Counted from the first letter of the stretch, positions 41,447 to 55,559 are shown. The stretch: DNA of 64,000 bases from Utricularia gibba (GCA_002189035.1 NEEC01000002.1:62001-126000), one strand, 5' to 3'. The notes: a model not told the origin generated them from the letters alone. Made by a program: numbers and translations.

Positions 41447-42355
41447 GTACCCTGAGATGACTCTGAATTTCTTTTTTTCTTCCAGGTTGCTTTTCCTGTA
41501 TCACAATGTAGTCTTCCTGTCCAGTCCAGGCAACACAATCCTATGCAATGAATGCAGATGAACAGCAAGAAACAAGGTGAGCTCAAGTCCACGATAGACA
41601 TGCAAACATTCATTGGAGAAACTCGGGTTTCAGAGACAGTGGCCGACATATTGTTGCTGAGAGTTCATCGGGGAGCATACACAGTAGCAGGTTTTTGTAG
41701 ATATAAAAGCAACTGGCTGAATATTTCAAAAAAAAAAAAACTCCGCGGTTGCTATTTTGAAGTTGGCGCTGAATAGAATCCATGTGCGTCTCTGCAATTA
41801 TGTGAACCGGTCTGCAGTCTCTCCCCCCATTGGCTTCAGGGACCACGTCCGGTCATGTCATCAAACCATTAGGACTACTACGATCTATTTGTTTTACTGG
41901 ATGAGGATTGGATTGGATGACCGGCAGCAGTGCTCGGAGCTCACTTGCTTCCATAAAACCCATGATTTGCTTTGAACGAAAAAGCCTCCCTCTATAGCTT
42001 CCAATCATGCTTCAACCTCAGAGCGACAAGGTGATCACTGGCGTTGTGAATAATACAATGCAGTGCTTCGTTTTTATGCAGAGTGTGGATGGGGTCATCT
42101 CCGATCCATTTAGAACACAACGCAATAGGATTGGACGATATGAGGAGAAAGTGTGTCGGTCACATGGGTGTCTTTAATACTACTGTTGAAATTATTGAGA
42201 GGCAATCAGAGGTATGTTCTGAGCATATGTGAGACACATGGTCACTGCATTCACACTAAGCCCCCTTCTCCCGCCCAGCCGATGAAAGCATACTATCCGG
42301 AGAGCTCCATTATAAAGGTAGGATGGATTTGCTCCTATCAGGGTTCTTAGGGAGA

Positions 42356-43841
42356 ATGAGACCCCCGTGCCATATTCTCATTCTGCTTCCCATTTTGCTT
42401 TCTCCCGCCCTCTCATTCTCTTCTCCGGTTGCTGATCCTGAAACCGTCGTACAAGAACTTAATGAGTGAGATTCCATTTTCCTCAACTTTCTTCTATCAC
42501 TACTGTGCTGCATTCATTTCAAGATTCTGTTGTATTTTTCATGCAGGAAACTGAATGTATCGAGAAGAAAACTGGGCTTCCTCTCCTGCAACGTCGGCAA
42601 CCCCATTGACGATTGCTGGCGGTGCGACAAGAACTGGGAAAAGAACCGCCGCCAGCTCGCCGACTGCGCAATCGGCTTCGGGAAGCATGCCGTCGGAGGA
42701 AGAGACGGCGACACTTACGTTGTAACGGATCCCGGCGACGATCCGGTGAACCCAAAACCAGGAACCTTAAGATACGGATGCATTCAAAAAGAGCCGCTAT
42801 GGATCATATTCTCTCGGGATATGGTAATCAAGCTCAAGCAAGAACTGATGATGAACTCATTCAAAACCATCGACGGCCGTGGAGCCTCCGTGCACATCGC
42901 CGGCGGGCCATGTATCACCATCCAGTACGTGACCAACATCATCATACACGGCATCCATATACACGACTGTAAACAAGGGGGCAATGCTTACGTGCGGGAC
43001 TCCCCAGAGCACTACGGCTGGAGAACTGTGTCAGATGGCGACGGCGTGTCCATCTTCGGCGGCAGCCAGGTAGCCCACACCAGCCAGTTTTAAGTTTCGG
43101 GTTGTCCATCTAAGTGTTTTTTTTTTTTTTTTGTTTCTTCTGAAAACTAGGTGTGGATTGATCATTGCACACTCTCAAGCTGTCGCGATGGGCTGATAGA
43201 TGCGATCCACGGATCGACGGGCATCACCATTTCCAACAATTACATGTCTCATCACAACAAGGTGATGCTCTTGGGCCACAGTGATGACTACTCCCCCGAC
43301 AAGAGCATGCAGGCCACTATAGCCTTCAACCGTTTCGGTGAAGGCCTCGTCCAGCGCATGCCAAGGTACCAAAACCTCTCTGGAATCCGCTCCCTGTAGT
43401 TGCTCATGTTACGCTTTCATGTCACAGGTGCAGGCATGGGTACTTCCACGTCGTAAACAACGACTACGCGCAGTGGGAAATGTACGCCATCGGAGGGAGC
43501 GCAGCTCCCACCATCAACAGCCAGGGGAACCGCTTCCTTGCTCCCGATGATTCAACCATCAAAGAGGTAGTACCAAAACGTTTTTGACATCTTTTCACTT
43601 TAATAACATGTCGCATCAGGTGACTAAGCACGAAGATGCGCCGGAGAGTGAGTGGAAGAAGTGGAACTGGAGATCGGAAGGAGACCTGATGCTGAACGGC
43701 GCCTTCTTCACGAGCTCCGGTGCCGGCGCGTCATCGAGTTACGCCAAGGCATCGAGCCTGAGCGCCAAGGCATCTTCTCTGGTGGGTTCAATCACCATGG
43801 GGGCGGGCTCACTCAACTGCAAAAAAGGTGCGAGATGTTGA
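42356..43841 (+). CDS. Secreted pectate lyase (PL1), 5 exons
   Basis: Signal peptide [20 protein letters not shown]; [30 protein letters not shown]|[29 protein letters not shown]. Confidence 0.96.
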
Positions 43842-45421
43842 GGGAGACAGACAGAGAGGCCGTTCAACAGTTAGTTACCATGTCTCTCAAATCATCATGA
43901 CTTGGCTTGGCATTTCCGACGAGCATTCTCGTTCAATGAATGCTAGCTAACTGGATCAACAAACCATAAGCATAAAAATGAAGAAAAGTGACGGAGCGAG
44001 CAGTAAGTCATAAATGCAACACATGTTGTTTTCTTGACTTGAGAGAGGCAGGCACAGACCAGAGCAGAGCAGGGGAGTATTTGCATTTAATGTGCAACAA
44101 CCCCCAGAATCGAAACGCGGCCAGCATCAAATGCTGCACCAGCCCCATCTCCCATTTAAAGGATCAAATAAATGCAAACAAAAGTCCAAATCGGAAATAG
44201 AAGGGCCATAGAAGGGTGCACCGGGGACTCAAAATAGAAGGTGAAAGACAAGGAATGCAGAGAACTCCGACACCGCCCACTGAAGCAAGGGAGGGGAGGG
44301 GAGGGGGCATTGCCGTTGAAGGCTGACCTTTCTTCCATTTTTTGGCGACTTGAAATCAGTTGCCCAAAAAAGCCATGGAATACAAGCAAAATCAAGGCAA
44401 AGTGTTCACTACAAAAAAAATGATGCCATCGACGCCTAGGAACGAATACAAACAAAATCAAGGCACCCTCCCCTGGTTCCCCACAAGCCCAGTGAGTTAC
44501 ACAGTGTCCCACAACACACAAGCATACATAAGCGTGCTTACAGGAGATCTCAGGTATCTACAGTTCCTGCCTAAAATACAACATTCACATTCTCTCTTCT
44601 CATCACCTGGAGGCTATCCCAGCCACCGCATGTTGGCTTACAGGAGCTAGAAGCACCAGCCAAAGTGTGTTTACAAGACAGCTCATACACGTACATTGTG
44701 TGCTAACACAAAACTCACACCTACGCTTTTTACAAGCTTCGAGATGAGTTACACATTGTTAACAAAAAAAAAAAAAAAAAAGATTACAGTGGAGAACCTA
44801 TCACAGGGAAGAAATACATCAGATAGAGATACACATGCACATACTTCCAACATCATGAATACTCGACATGTGCAAATGCCTCATGAATGCGAGAAAGACT
44901 TAAGGCTTCTTTGGAATATAGCACTAAGCGAAGTACCCCAGGAAGTTATTTTTTGTCTGCTCCTGAGTAGGATAATCAAAGAAAAAACCAGGTCAATGAT
45001 CTACACAACTATCGCCAGGGATCCATGCAGAGTACACCTAATTCACACACGAAGCATCATGGCTAAGAACCAAAAGAGAACGTGCAAGACACCAATGCTC
45101 AAATGCAAAACGTCAAGTGGCTTGAAATGAAAACTAGATAAATAACGTCCTGAATGGAAGTATCATGGCATATATCACATAAAAGCCTTATGGTGCTTAA
45201 TATCATACCGCACACACATGATATAACATCAAATTCGGTTTTGGGGCATGAAAACGGAGAAAGTAGATTCTCCCATCTGAATCAGATTGAAGGCACTTTC
45301 TTCTCCAAACTCAAAATGCAAGCAACTTGGTGTCCACAAAATCACGAGGAGCTCTAGACCTGTTAATTGTCCTAAAAACGTCACTTCAAATAAAGAAAGC
45401 AGCTTAACTTCTCTCATTTTA

Positions 45422-47321
45422 TCATTCAGATGGCACGCGCCTCCGTTTTCCATAATCAGCGTCCCTGGATCGAGACCTGCGATCATCTTCTGCTACTGCA
45501 CCAGAACGACTATGGGACCTTGAAGATTGTCCTCTATCCCGCTCATCATCATAACCTGCATCACGATCTCTATGACCATGTTCACGATATCGAGACTTGT
45601 CATCCCTGTGTCTAGTGTCCCTGTCATTTCGCCTCGAGTCCCGTTCCCTCTCTTCTCGGTGTCTCTTATCAGGATTATTAGACCACTCACGCTCAGAACT
45701 TCTTTCCTTTTCTCTTGAAGCAGCACTAGACCTCCCACCCTTATCATGACTTGCATCTGCATGGCCATATTCTGAAGCATTATCTTCACCACCATAACTA
45801 GATTCTCCCGTAACTCTACCATGTTCGTCGCCCCCCATACCACCCATGTTTGGGTCATTCCACATACCAGGACCACCCATTCCAGATATACCCATCCCAT
45901 TGGGTGCCATACCTCGACTGAAAAACGCAGGGTTAACATGCGGAGCAACACCAGGGAGGCCCATAGTGTTTACTGCAGGAAATGGAGGAATCATTCCTGG
46001 AAAAGCTGGACTGGAGAAGTTCCCATATCCAGCGCCACGACCCATAAAAGCGAGGTCAAAACCAGGAGGCATCATGCCCTGTGGGTGCATCATGCCAGGA
46101 GGTGCACCAAAGCCTGGGCCAGCAATCCCCTGTCCATAGTTAACTCCACCACCAGCAGGTGTATTCCCCATCATGTTCTTATTTCCACCGCCTCCTCGCC
46201 CCTCATGTTACCAGCACCTGAACCTCTGTTAAGTGCTTGATTTCCACCTCTTCCCCATCCGCCACGTGCAAAATTTCTCCCATCATCTCCACTGGTATAA
46301 TTTGTCCCAATGACATGTCCCGCACCATCATTCATGGCATTCCTTCCTTGAACTTGAGATTGACCCTGGCCTTGGTTTTTATTCATGTAAGAAGCACCCA
46401 TTTGTTTAATGGTCTGTGGAGTGGCAAATGCCACCACGCAGGCCCTCCCATTGAAAAGATGTCCATTCATCCCTTCCTTACAGGCGTTGGCGGCAGCAGG
46501 ATCATAAAACTCAACTTGGCAATACCCTTTGGACTTGCCACTGGCCCTTTCATCAAAAAATTTAATGTCCTTGAGTTTTCCATACTGAATCAGCACACTC
46601 TCAAGCTCTGCATCTGTTGTCCACCAATGCAGCTCCCCGACATAGAGCATGGTGTTTCCATTTCCAGAAGATGGCCGATGAAGGTAATCCACATCCACAG
46701 AGCGATTTGCATTGGGATCTGTAGGCAAATTATTTGAATTGAAAGGAGCATGAGGAACTCCTTTGGAACTGACCATACTAGGAACCGCCAATGATGCAGG
46801 ATCATTAACAATTTTATCGGAGTTGTTTACCCGATCTTCTGTAGTTTTATTAGGAATAACTCCTGGTCCTTGATATCCCAAGTGATCTGACTGAGAAATT
46901 TGTGCTACATCAGGGACCCTACCCTCGGAGAATGGTCACGAGCAAGTGAAGCCTCGTCCATGGGTTTAAATCCCTCTTTCTGCTCAGGGAATTGGACAAC
47001 GGGAAGCCCATAGGACCGATCATTGCTTAATCTGGAATTGTTAGCGTCTAGTGAGGGCACTGCTTCATTTCCATTTCCTAAAGGATTGATTTTGTTTTCG
47101 GCTACGGAAGAAGGCATCTGCGTTTCTGATTGCTGTACTTGCATGAAACTCTCTCCAACATTAACGTCATTGTAGAGGTCATCATATTCATCATCCTCAC
47201 CAATCATTTCCTCATCCGCAAGGGCAGGTATAGCAGCACCCTGGTGATATTGCATCCTTTGATGCCCATCATACTCTTCCTCTCCATAGTCTGCTTGCTC
47301 TCTATTGGCTGGATCCATCAA
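45422..47321 (-). CDS. Cleavage factor Im large subunit (CFIm68/CPSF6)-like RRM protein, single coding exon broken by two apparent 1-nt frameshifts
   Basis: Three consecutive ORFs: AIPALADEEMIGEDDEYDDLYNDVNVGE; RRM MLYVGELHWWTTDAELE...KSKGYCQVEF; Gly/Pro/Met-rich region then an RE/RD/RS-rich C-terminus. Confidence 0.9.
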
Positions 47322-49629
47322 CCCTGTTTATAAGGTCCCGGTTAACCCACCTGACTATGAAGGAGCGAGATATCAATGGAACAGACATTTATGCACGAAT
47401 ACAGCATACAAAGGTCGCAATACGTCAAAATAAGTTCATTCGACCTAAGGTATTTGAAAGGCAAACTGAAAATCTGGAACCCCTAAACTCACAAGTGAAT
47501 TAAGAGACCCGGATGCATATTTCACAAAACGCAACCAAGATGCAAGCACCCACATCCGACAAATCGTTCCCAAACAAGAATTAGAATCTGAGAGTGAAAC
47601 GTGCGCACCCCTTTTCAGATACTCACTTGATAGAAGTGCGTGGAAGTACTGGCCTCCAGCAAGATCAAGGGCGGCAGACGGGCAGAGGCTCTCCGGACGT
47701 GGAAGTCAATCAACAAGGCAACACGGGTCCGTGTTGTTCAATTTAGGGTTATGATTCGGGTAATTTGATTTTCAGCCATCCAGATACGACGACGATGAGT
47801 GTTCGTTCCGTTCCTTCCAAGAAGCCATAAAATGAAATAAAAAAATAAAAAAAAAACCAGCGACAGGTACATACGAAATTAATCTCATTGGTTTGCTAAG
47901 GCCCAATAGTTTTTAGAAGCCCAGACCAAGTTCAAAAGTGATACGGCCTGAGCCCACGATCCCCGCCACAATTGCAAAGAGGCGATCGTACCCATTTGCT
48001 GCGATACCACGAAAGGAGGAGACAAACTGCAGATGAGATGCGGTGAAAGCCGTGGGTTGGCCCGGCGCCGACACAACAAGAAAGCGTGTTGCCGGGGAAG
48101 ATAAATAAAACCCCAAGTGGTGGGGTGGGTTTGTAGCTTGGGATTGCGCCCACTACGCTGCGCCGTGGCTATGGAGACAGCAAAGCGTGCTGACATCCTT
48201 TATCCACGCAGCCGCAAAGTTGTGATGCAGTGCAGCAGGAATAGAATATGACTCCACTCGACTCGGCTCGACTCTTGCATACAACATTGAAAGCCCTTGC
48301 CTTGGTGGTGTTGGATAATGAATGTTCCCTTTGACGACCAGACACAGCACACGAACAACTCATTGCTTCCATTCCATCCCATTCATTTTTCTCTCTTGTG
48401 CGTGTTGTTGCAAGGCGGAGGCGGAGCTAGGTCATAATTATGCGAGAGAAGTCGAGTTGGGGCAAATTCATTTCAGTTTGAAATAAATGAATTGTCGTGT
48501 CAGCAATGGGTGGCAGATCTGTTGGGTCGTACAGCAGCCCTCCTCTCCTCTCCTCTATTCTCTTCTTCACGGCTTCAGTTTGAAATAAATTAATGGGTCA
48601 GTTGTAGGTAGGAGTCAGATCATAAAAAAAGCTTTCACCTTTTCAGTCTCCGTCTCACCAACAAGATCCGATCCGATCCGGTCCGGGGAGATCCGATCCG
48701 GTCCGATCAACAGGACAACACCACACACCTGAACTTCAACACCGCCACCCTTGAGCTCCTTCTCGTGCAGGAAAAGAAAGGGTTTGAGCTGTTGTGGTAG
48801 CGGAGAGATGCTGAACACACACAAGTCGGGTGCGTGTTGGGAAGATGATCCGACAGAGTAGGAAGTTACGGTTGTGCCCTTGCATCTGGGCCAACAGCAA
48901 TCTCAGATGCCTGTCATGTGGGCTCTCGGCATCTCTCCACGTGTATGATCAGGGTTTGGCCCCATCACATCCCATCTTCCTTGCTGATAAATAAAGCGGC
49001 CGAGCCACCACCAGAGAAAGAACGGGGGCCGGGGGCGGGCTCATGCTTAGGTTACTCGCCCTAGCAACTGACATGTGCATCGCATGCGAGGCGAGGGGGG
49101 GAGGTGAGCGGAGCCCTCGGGCGCCGGGATTGATGATTGACTGGACTGACGGGAAAAAAAGGGACGAAGAAACTCATAATGCCATGCCATGGATCGCTAG
49201 CCAAAGAAGGGGAAGGGGGCATTAACTCGAAATGGTCCCGACGTGTATGCATTAAGTACGTAATTGGACAAAAAAGAAACGTTGTAGGAGAGCTATTTTG
49301 TTAATTCCTCCAAAACAGAAAGTCGTGGTAACGGGGCACCCACCTTTTTACATACGCGCTCCGCTCTGGAATCATGCGCTTTCTCTCTCACGCACCCCCG
49401 CGTGCTACCATATAGGTGCTACTCTAGAGAGAGAGTGTGTGAGGGGAGGGGAGGGGAGGGGGGCTGGATCAGATCAGTCTGCAGGTAAAGAATGAGAGAG
49501 AGTGGGGGAATCAGAGGATATCTACTGGAGCGGCAGCAGCAGCAACAGCATATGTGAGGAAACGGAAGAGAGGGGAGGACTAGGGGGTCAACAACAATCT
49601 ACTCCGCCGGAAAGCCCTTTGCCCCCGCC

Positions 49630-51923
49630 ATGAATGATCCCCGATTTTCTGGCTTTTCGGTGCACCACCTTGACCCATCAGCGCAAGAGTTTTTTCCGGC
49701 TGCTTCCGTCAGTTTCCCGGCTTTCGGGCCCCAGATTGTGTACCCCTATCCTCCAATGGTGTACGAAAACATGGGGTTTAGGCCGCCGCCGTTCGCCGGG
49801 GGAGCCATGGAGCCGCCACCGCCGCCTTCGTTACCCCCCTCGTCGTTATCGCCGTCCAGGGCTTTACTTCTGAGTATGGTGCCGCCCAACGTCAGCGAAT
49901 CGACGGTGCGACGTGAACTGGAAATCTTCGGGGACGTCAGGGCTGTGGAAATGGAGAGGCGGCGGGAGGGTTTAGTAACGGTGCATTTCTACGACGTGAG
50001 AGATGCACAGGCCGCACTGAATGCGATTCAGGATCAACACATGCAGCAGCAGTTCCGTTTGGGTCGCCATTACGAAGCTATGTTGAATAATTCCTTGGGA
50101 TTTGTCGCGGTTCCACCACCACCACCGTTGCCGCCGCAGACGGCGGCTGGCTTAATCTCCGGTCGGGTAGTTTGGGCCCAGTTTATTCCTCCTGCGACCT
50201 TTGGTCTTCCTGATGGAAACAACCAGGGAACACTTGTGGTATTCAATTTAGACCCCGGCATTCCATCTTCTCATCTCAGAGATATTTTCCGTAATTTTGG
50301 TACATGAAGAATTCCCACTTTTCTTCTGAATTTCTTTCTCCCCGTGTCGGTTACTCTTTTGCTTCTTCTTCCTGTTATCGGTTTCTGATGTGTTCGTAAT
50401 AGTGGAGATTGATGAGTGTTCTGGTTATGCTGGGTCCTTTTCGTGCCCACATCATGGAAAGCATTAATTATTGTCTCATGTCTTCTCTGTGCTGTTTGGT
50501 CTTCTACTCTTGTCCAGGGCCTGTTAAAGAGTTGAGGGAGACCCCCAACAAAAGGAATCAAAAGTTCGTGGAGTTTTATGATGTTCGAGACGCGGCCAAA
50601 GCAATGTCGGAGATGAACGGTAAAGAAATCGCCGGAAAATGCCTAGTGATTGAGTTCAGCCGCCCCGGTGGTCAATGCAAGAAGTTCTGGAAGAGCAGCG
50701 TTGGTTCCAGTTCCAGTAAGATGAGTAGTGGTCGATGTTCTTCTTCGCCACCACCTCCCACATCAAGAAACGTGTTCCGGCACGACAAGAAACCGTCGCC
50801 GCCGCCGCGAGGGTACCACTCTAGTACTAGAGGAAACCCATGTAAGAGCCCATCATCGTCGCTTTGTGGATCCGTTTCCAAATTGTCCATTGAGAACGAA
50901 GAGTACACATTGAAGAGTTCCAGAAGAAGCGGCGGTCAAGGTTATGGTTCTTCCTCATCATCGAAACAGACCGCGGCAGCAACGGCGATTCGTAGACACT
51001 GGAAAGGAAGCGCCGGCGTAAAATATGGAAAAGAGCACCATGATCCCAGCTTTCTCATTAATGAAGATGCGATAATGGAATCAAATTGCCGTGATACAAG
51101 AACCACTGTGATGATCAAGAACATCCCAAACAAGTACAGGTATCACTGTGTAATGTTTCATGGTTTTGCTTGCTTCTTTCGCCAAGATATTCTGCTACCC
51201 GTTTTCAAGAAATCTGTTTTTCCCCTAGCAGCCACCCAATTGTTGTGTTTTTTTATTAATATTTGGGATGTTGCAGCCAGAAGTTGCTGCTGAACATGCT
51301 GGACAACCACTGCATTCACTGTAACGAGCAGTTGGTCGACGGCGGGGATGAAGACCAGCCCTTGTCGTCTTATGATTTCGTTTACCTCCCGATCGATTTC
51401 ATGTCACTTTCCTCTCTTTTCTGCGTCTGCGTTTTTAATCGAAGAATCATCACAGCAAGTTGAACTTCTTCATTTCCCTTTCAGAAACAAATGCAACGTG
51501 GGTTATGGGTTCGTGAACATGACTTCCCCTCAGGCAACCCTACGTCTCTACAAAGCTTTCCACCATCAGAACTGGGAAGTCTTCAACTCCAGAAAAATCT
51601 GTGAGGTCACCTACGCAAGGCTTCAGGCAAGCAGCAGAGTGGGATACTGATAAATGCGATCTTGCACGTTTCATAGGCGGCATCTAACCTTTTTTTTTTC
51701 CTGTTTGAAGGGTCTCGATGCACTGAGGGAGCATTTCAAGAACTCCAAATTCCCCAGCGACGACGAGGAGTACATGCCGGTTGTCTTCTCGCCACCGCGA
51801 GACGGGCGGATCCTGAGCGAGCCGGTGCCGATACTGGGCCGGATTACGCCTGAAAGCCCCCCTCCGGGATCTGACGGAGATGGCTGTTCCGACAGCGGGC
51901 AGGATGATGAAAGGAGCGTGTAG
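49630..51923 (+). CDS. TEL: TERMINAL EAR1-like / MEI2-like RRM protein, 5 exons
   Basis: [13 protein letters not shown]1 ([13 protein letters not shown]), RRM2 ([11 protein letters not shown]...[13 protein letters not shown]), RRM3 ([14 protein letters not shown]|[12 protein letters not shown]...YLPIDF|[13 protein letters not shown]...YARLQ|G). The last intron probably has a GC donor at 51627. Confidence 0.94.
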
Positions 51924-53127
51924 GTAGGCTGTTGCTTCTAGGGGGGAGTTGCAAGCGGGGATGGAGCTCGAAACCCTAGGCATGGCGCATTAAAAAAAAC
52001 CCTTTTGTTTTGTTTGTCTTTTGAGTAACATGAATTTGTTAGGGGTGAAAGTGGAAATATATATAAGTGTCAATATATTCGTGCATTTTTGTCCTAATTT
52101 ACCCGGTACACTTTCTGTTCGTCCACTTTCCATCCGCAACGTCGTCGTTTCAGTGGAGATGCATTTGAGATTTTGTATCTATACAAGTGTAGCTAATGGC
52201 TTCCCTTCCATCTCAAGTCCTAAAAGCGAAGCTTACTGCGACTCCCCTCGTGCCCGTGTCTAGGTACAAGGGTACAAGACAACCAACGCAATGACACTGG
52301 TAACGGTGGTGCCCAGCAGTCTGCAATGCGATGTCTTCATGAAACAATACAATCTAAAGGTGGTACAGAAGCGAAGGGCTGAGCCCCTAAGCTACAGCCA
52401 TTTACAAAGTCATAGGTGAAGCACTAGGAATAGAATCAAACACTCGCAAGGACAGGAACCGTGGAGAATCAAACTCTCAAGTAGCCCGAGAGAGACATTT
52501 TGACGGTCAATTTATCACACGACGGGAAATCAGATTGCAATAAATCAAGAAATGATGGCAAGGTTTAGCATGGAGGAGGATACCAATTCTTACTCGTTAC
52601 ACGTTCATATCTTGTATCTGAACTGAAGAACGAATTGCATCCAGAAGAAAAGGGAGGCACAAGGCCGCAAAAAGTCAATAGCAGTCGAGCATATGAAAGA
52701 ATGCAACCCCCCTCTAAATGCTCATTCAGATTTACAAATAACATTCTTTGTGACTCTGGCTGTTGTTCATGTCCATTATACGCTTCCATTTCCTTAGAAA
52801 GATGTTTTGTGTATGCGCACTTCCAAATGCGGGAAAAAGCTGAAGAAGGGTACCATGAGAAGCCGTAGTCCTATCCACTCACCTCCTATTTCGAAGATAA
52901 GGCAGCAATTACAAACCTTTCCAATCTAAGTGAAACGAACAGTACTCATCCTATGAAAGGTCAAGTCTTTTGCGACGCTTACAAACAAACACTTGATCTA
53001 AGCTTAAAAAAAAAAAAGAGAGAGATGCGAATGAACGTTAACTCTTATCGATCCCGGAATGACAAGCATTCCATTAATAAAAATCTCATGAACCTGATTA
53101 ACCATTGAAAAGTTTTCATCATCTAAC

Positions 53128-53430
53128 CTGACTTTCCGCACAAGAATCGCTTTAAGATTACGAGCAAGGTCCTGCGAACGGATCTTGCGCTCCAGATTCT
53201 TCCTAGCCCGCACGCCCTTCTCGGAATTCTCAATGTGGCACGTCGGCTCAACCTTAATCATTCGCTCAATACCACTGTCACGCATCTTCCTCTGCACCAG
53301 AGCCAAGGCCTGATCTAAATTGTTGTTCAGAACCTTCACTCGGATGCCTCGCCATTGCTGCCGCTGAGAAGTCCCCCTCCTCCAAGCCACCAAAAGAAGC
53401 GGACAATCGCTTCGTGAACTGGATCAAGGG
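53128..53430 (-). CDS. Ribosomal protein bS21-family (mitochondrial-type) exon; start and stop not resolved, possibly degenerate
   Basis: QQWRGIRVKVLNNNLDQALALVQRKMRDSGIERMIK...HIENSEK...RKNLERKIRSQDLARNLKAILVRKVR matches the plant S21-family pattern from memory. There is no clean in-frame ATG upstream. Confidence 0.72.
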
Positions 53431-53823
53431 TTCGACCCAATCGCACAAATTCTTCCTACTTTCCGAAAAGCCGTCCAAAATTCTTTTTAAAAAGGGTCAA
53501 AATTTGGATACATCTTTGAGTTGCAACGTAAAATTTCGGAGCCGGGTCGGGCATCTCTTCTCTTATTTCTCATGAGGTTTGATATATTTACATATTCCAA
53601 GAATAAAGGCGGTTGCATTTTCAAGTATATTCCATTTTACAGAATATTGAAGAAAGGATGAGAAAAAAAGAAAAAATGAGTATCCGAATTTTCATTTGAA
53701 GTGAATTTAGGATGCATGAGCATCTCATTTGGAGCCCTATATAAAGCAGCATGCAACCACCATTCGGACTCAGGAGGAAGACACCAGGAGCCGGTTAGTT
53801 ACCCAAGTCTTCAGCCTCCAGAG

Positions 53824-55040
53824 ATGGCCCCCGTAGCACCACTGGAATCCCTCCCCGCCGCCAAGGCCGCCCTCGGGCCGGCTCAATCCAAGAGGGCCTA
53901 CGTGACTTTCTTGGCCGGCAGCGGTGACTACGTGAAGGGAGCCGTTGGGCTCGCTAAGGGCCTCAAAAAGGTCAAGAGCGCTTACCCTCTGGTGGTGGCC
54001 ATTCTCCCGGACGTCCCGGAGGAGCACCGTGAACTTCTCCGGTCACAGGGATGCATTGTGAGGGAGATTGAGCCGATTTACCCACCGGAGAACCAGATTC
54101 AGTTTGCCATGGCTTACTATGTCATCAATTACTCCAAACTCCGCATTTGGAGCGTAAGTTATCGTGTATCTCAGACGCACATACTCTTCTTTTTTTTCAC
54201 GAAGCATAATAAACTCTTTTTTTTTCCGGGGCACAGTTTGTGGAGTACGAGAAGATGGTGTACCTTGACGCAGACATCCAAGTTTACGAGAACATCGACC
54301 ATCTTTTCGACACTCCCAACGGCTACTTCTACGCTGTGATGGACTGCTTCTGTGAGAAGACATGGAGCCACTCCCCCAGTATAAGATCGGATACTGCCAG
54401 CAGTGCCCCGATAAGGTGACGTGGCCGGCGGAGATGGGATCCCCTCCTCCGCTCTACTTCAACGCCGGCATGTTCGTTCACGAGCCCAGCATCGAAACCT
54501 ATGAGAATCTCCTCGCAACTCTGCGCATCACTCCTCCCACACCCTTCGCCGAGCAGGTACAGACTTACTTCAGGTGTCCCCTTCCAAAACATCGAGATTC
54601 ATATTGAGGCTGGGCAATCTTCAGGATTTCTTGAACATGTTCTTCCAACCCATCTACAAGCCAATTCCTCTGATCTACAACCTTGTGCTTGCTATGCTTT
54701 GGCGCCACTCTGAGAACGTTGAGCTGGAGAAAGTTGTCGTTGTTCACTACTGCGCGGCGGTAATAACTTGGCCAATCATCTTTTTGTCGATTGGGGAGGA
54801 AAATGCAACTTTTCCATCTTTTCATGTCTTGCTCAGGGATCAAAGCCATGGAGGTACACGGGTGTGGAGGCCAACATGGACCGTGAGGACATCAAATATC
54901 TAGTGAAGAAGTGGTTCGATGTCTACGATGATGCCTCTCTTGACCTACCGGCCGATGACTATGCCTCGAAGCCAGCTTCGATCAGGGCTTCCCTTCCCGA
55001 GCCAGAGGTTTCCTACATCCCTGCGCCCTCTGCTGCTTAA
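53824..55040 (+). CDS. GolS: Galactinol synthase (GT8), 4 exons, apparent 1-nt frameshift at 54373-54377
   Basis: RAYVTFLAGSGDYVKG, INYSKLRIWS|FVEYEKMVYLDAD (DxD), YFNAGMFV, TPFAEQ|DFLNMFF, VHYCAA|GSKPWRY, C-terminal APSAA*. TATA-like ctatataaa at about 53738-53746. Confidence 0.95.
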
Positions 55041-55559
55041 GAGTCACCATCCAAACCAGACACACGGTGGTGCAGCGATGGCTCAAGGTTAAAGCCTTCG
55101 GCCGTGTTATCCATGTCCTTTCCTTGTTTGTGGTAGCACAAAGGGATGTAGGCCTACTTACTTCCCTTTTGCTGCGATTATCAGTACTACTACTCTTTTT
55201 TTTCTGCTGATGCAAATCCAATCGGGGTGCATAAAGATCACTGCTTTCAAGAATAATTAACATCCACATTAAGCGATACACGGTTACAAGGCTGGAACTC
55301 TACAGATGATGTCTTTCCAGGGGAATAAAGTGTAGAACGAATCCTAAAGAAGAAAGATGCAGGGGATCATTGAGATGCAGAGTATGGTATCAAAAGGGGT
55401 GTAAGTTTTTAGACAAACTCCCGTGGACGCTTGTAAAATGAACTCCGCACGGTAAGGAAGAGGAAGAGACGATCGCCGCTGCACTTTCTCCCGCTTAGCT
55501 TTTACTCTTCAAGTACACATTTTACTTTTGCCGGAGGGTGATGTTTGCAGATTAAATAT

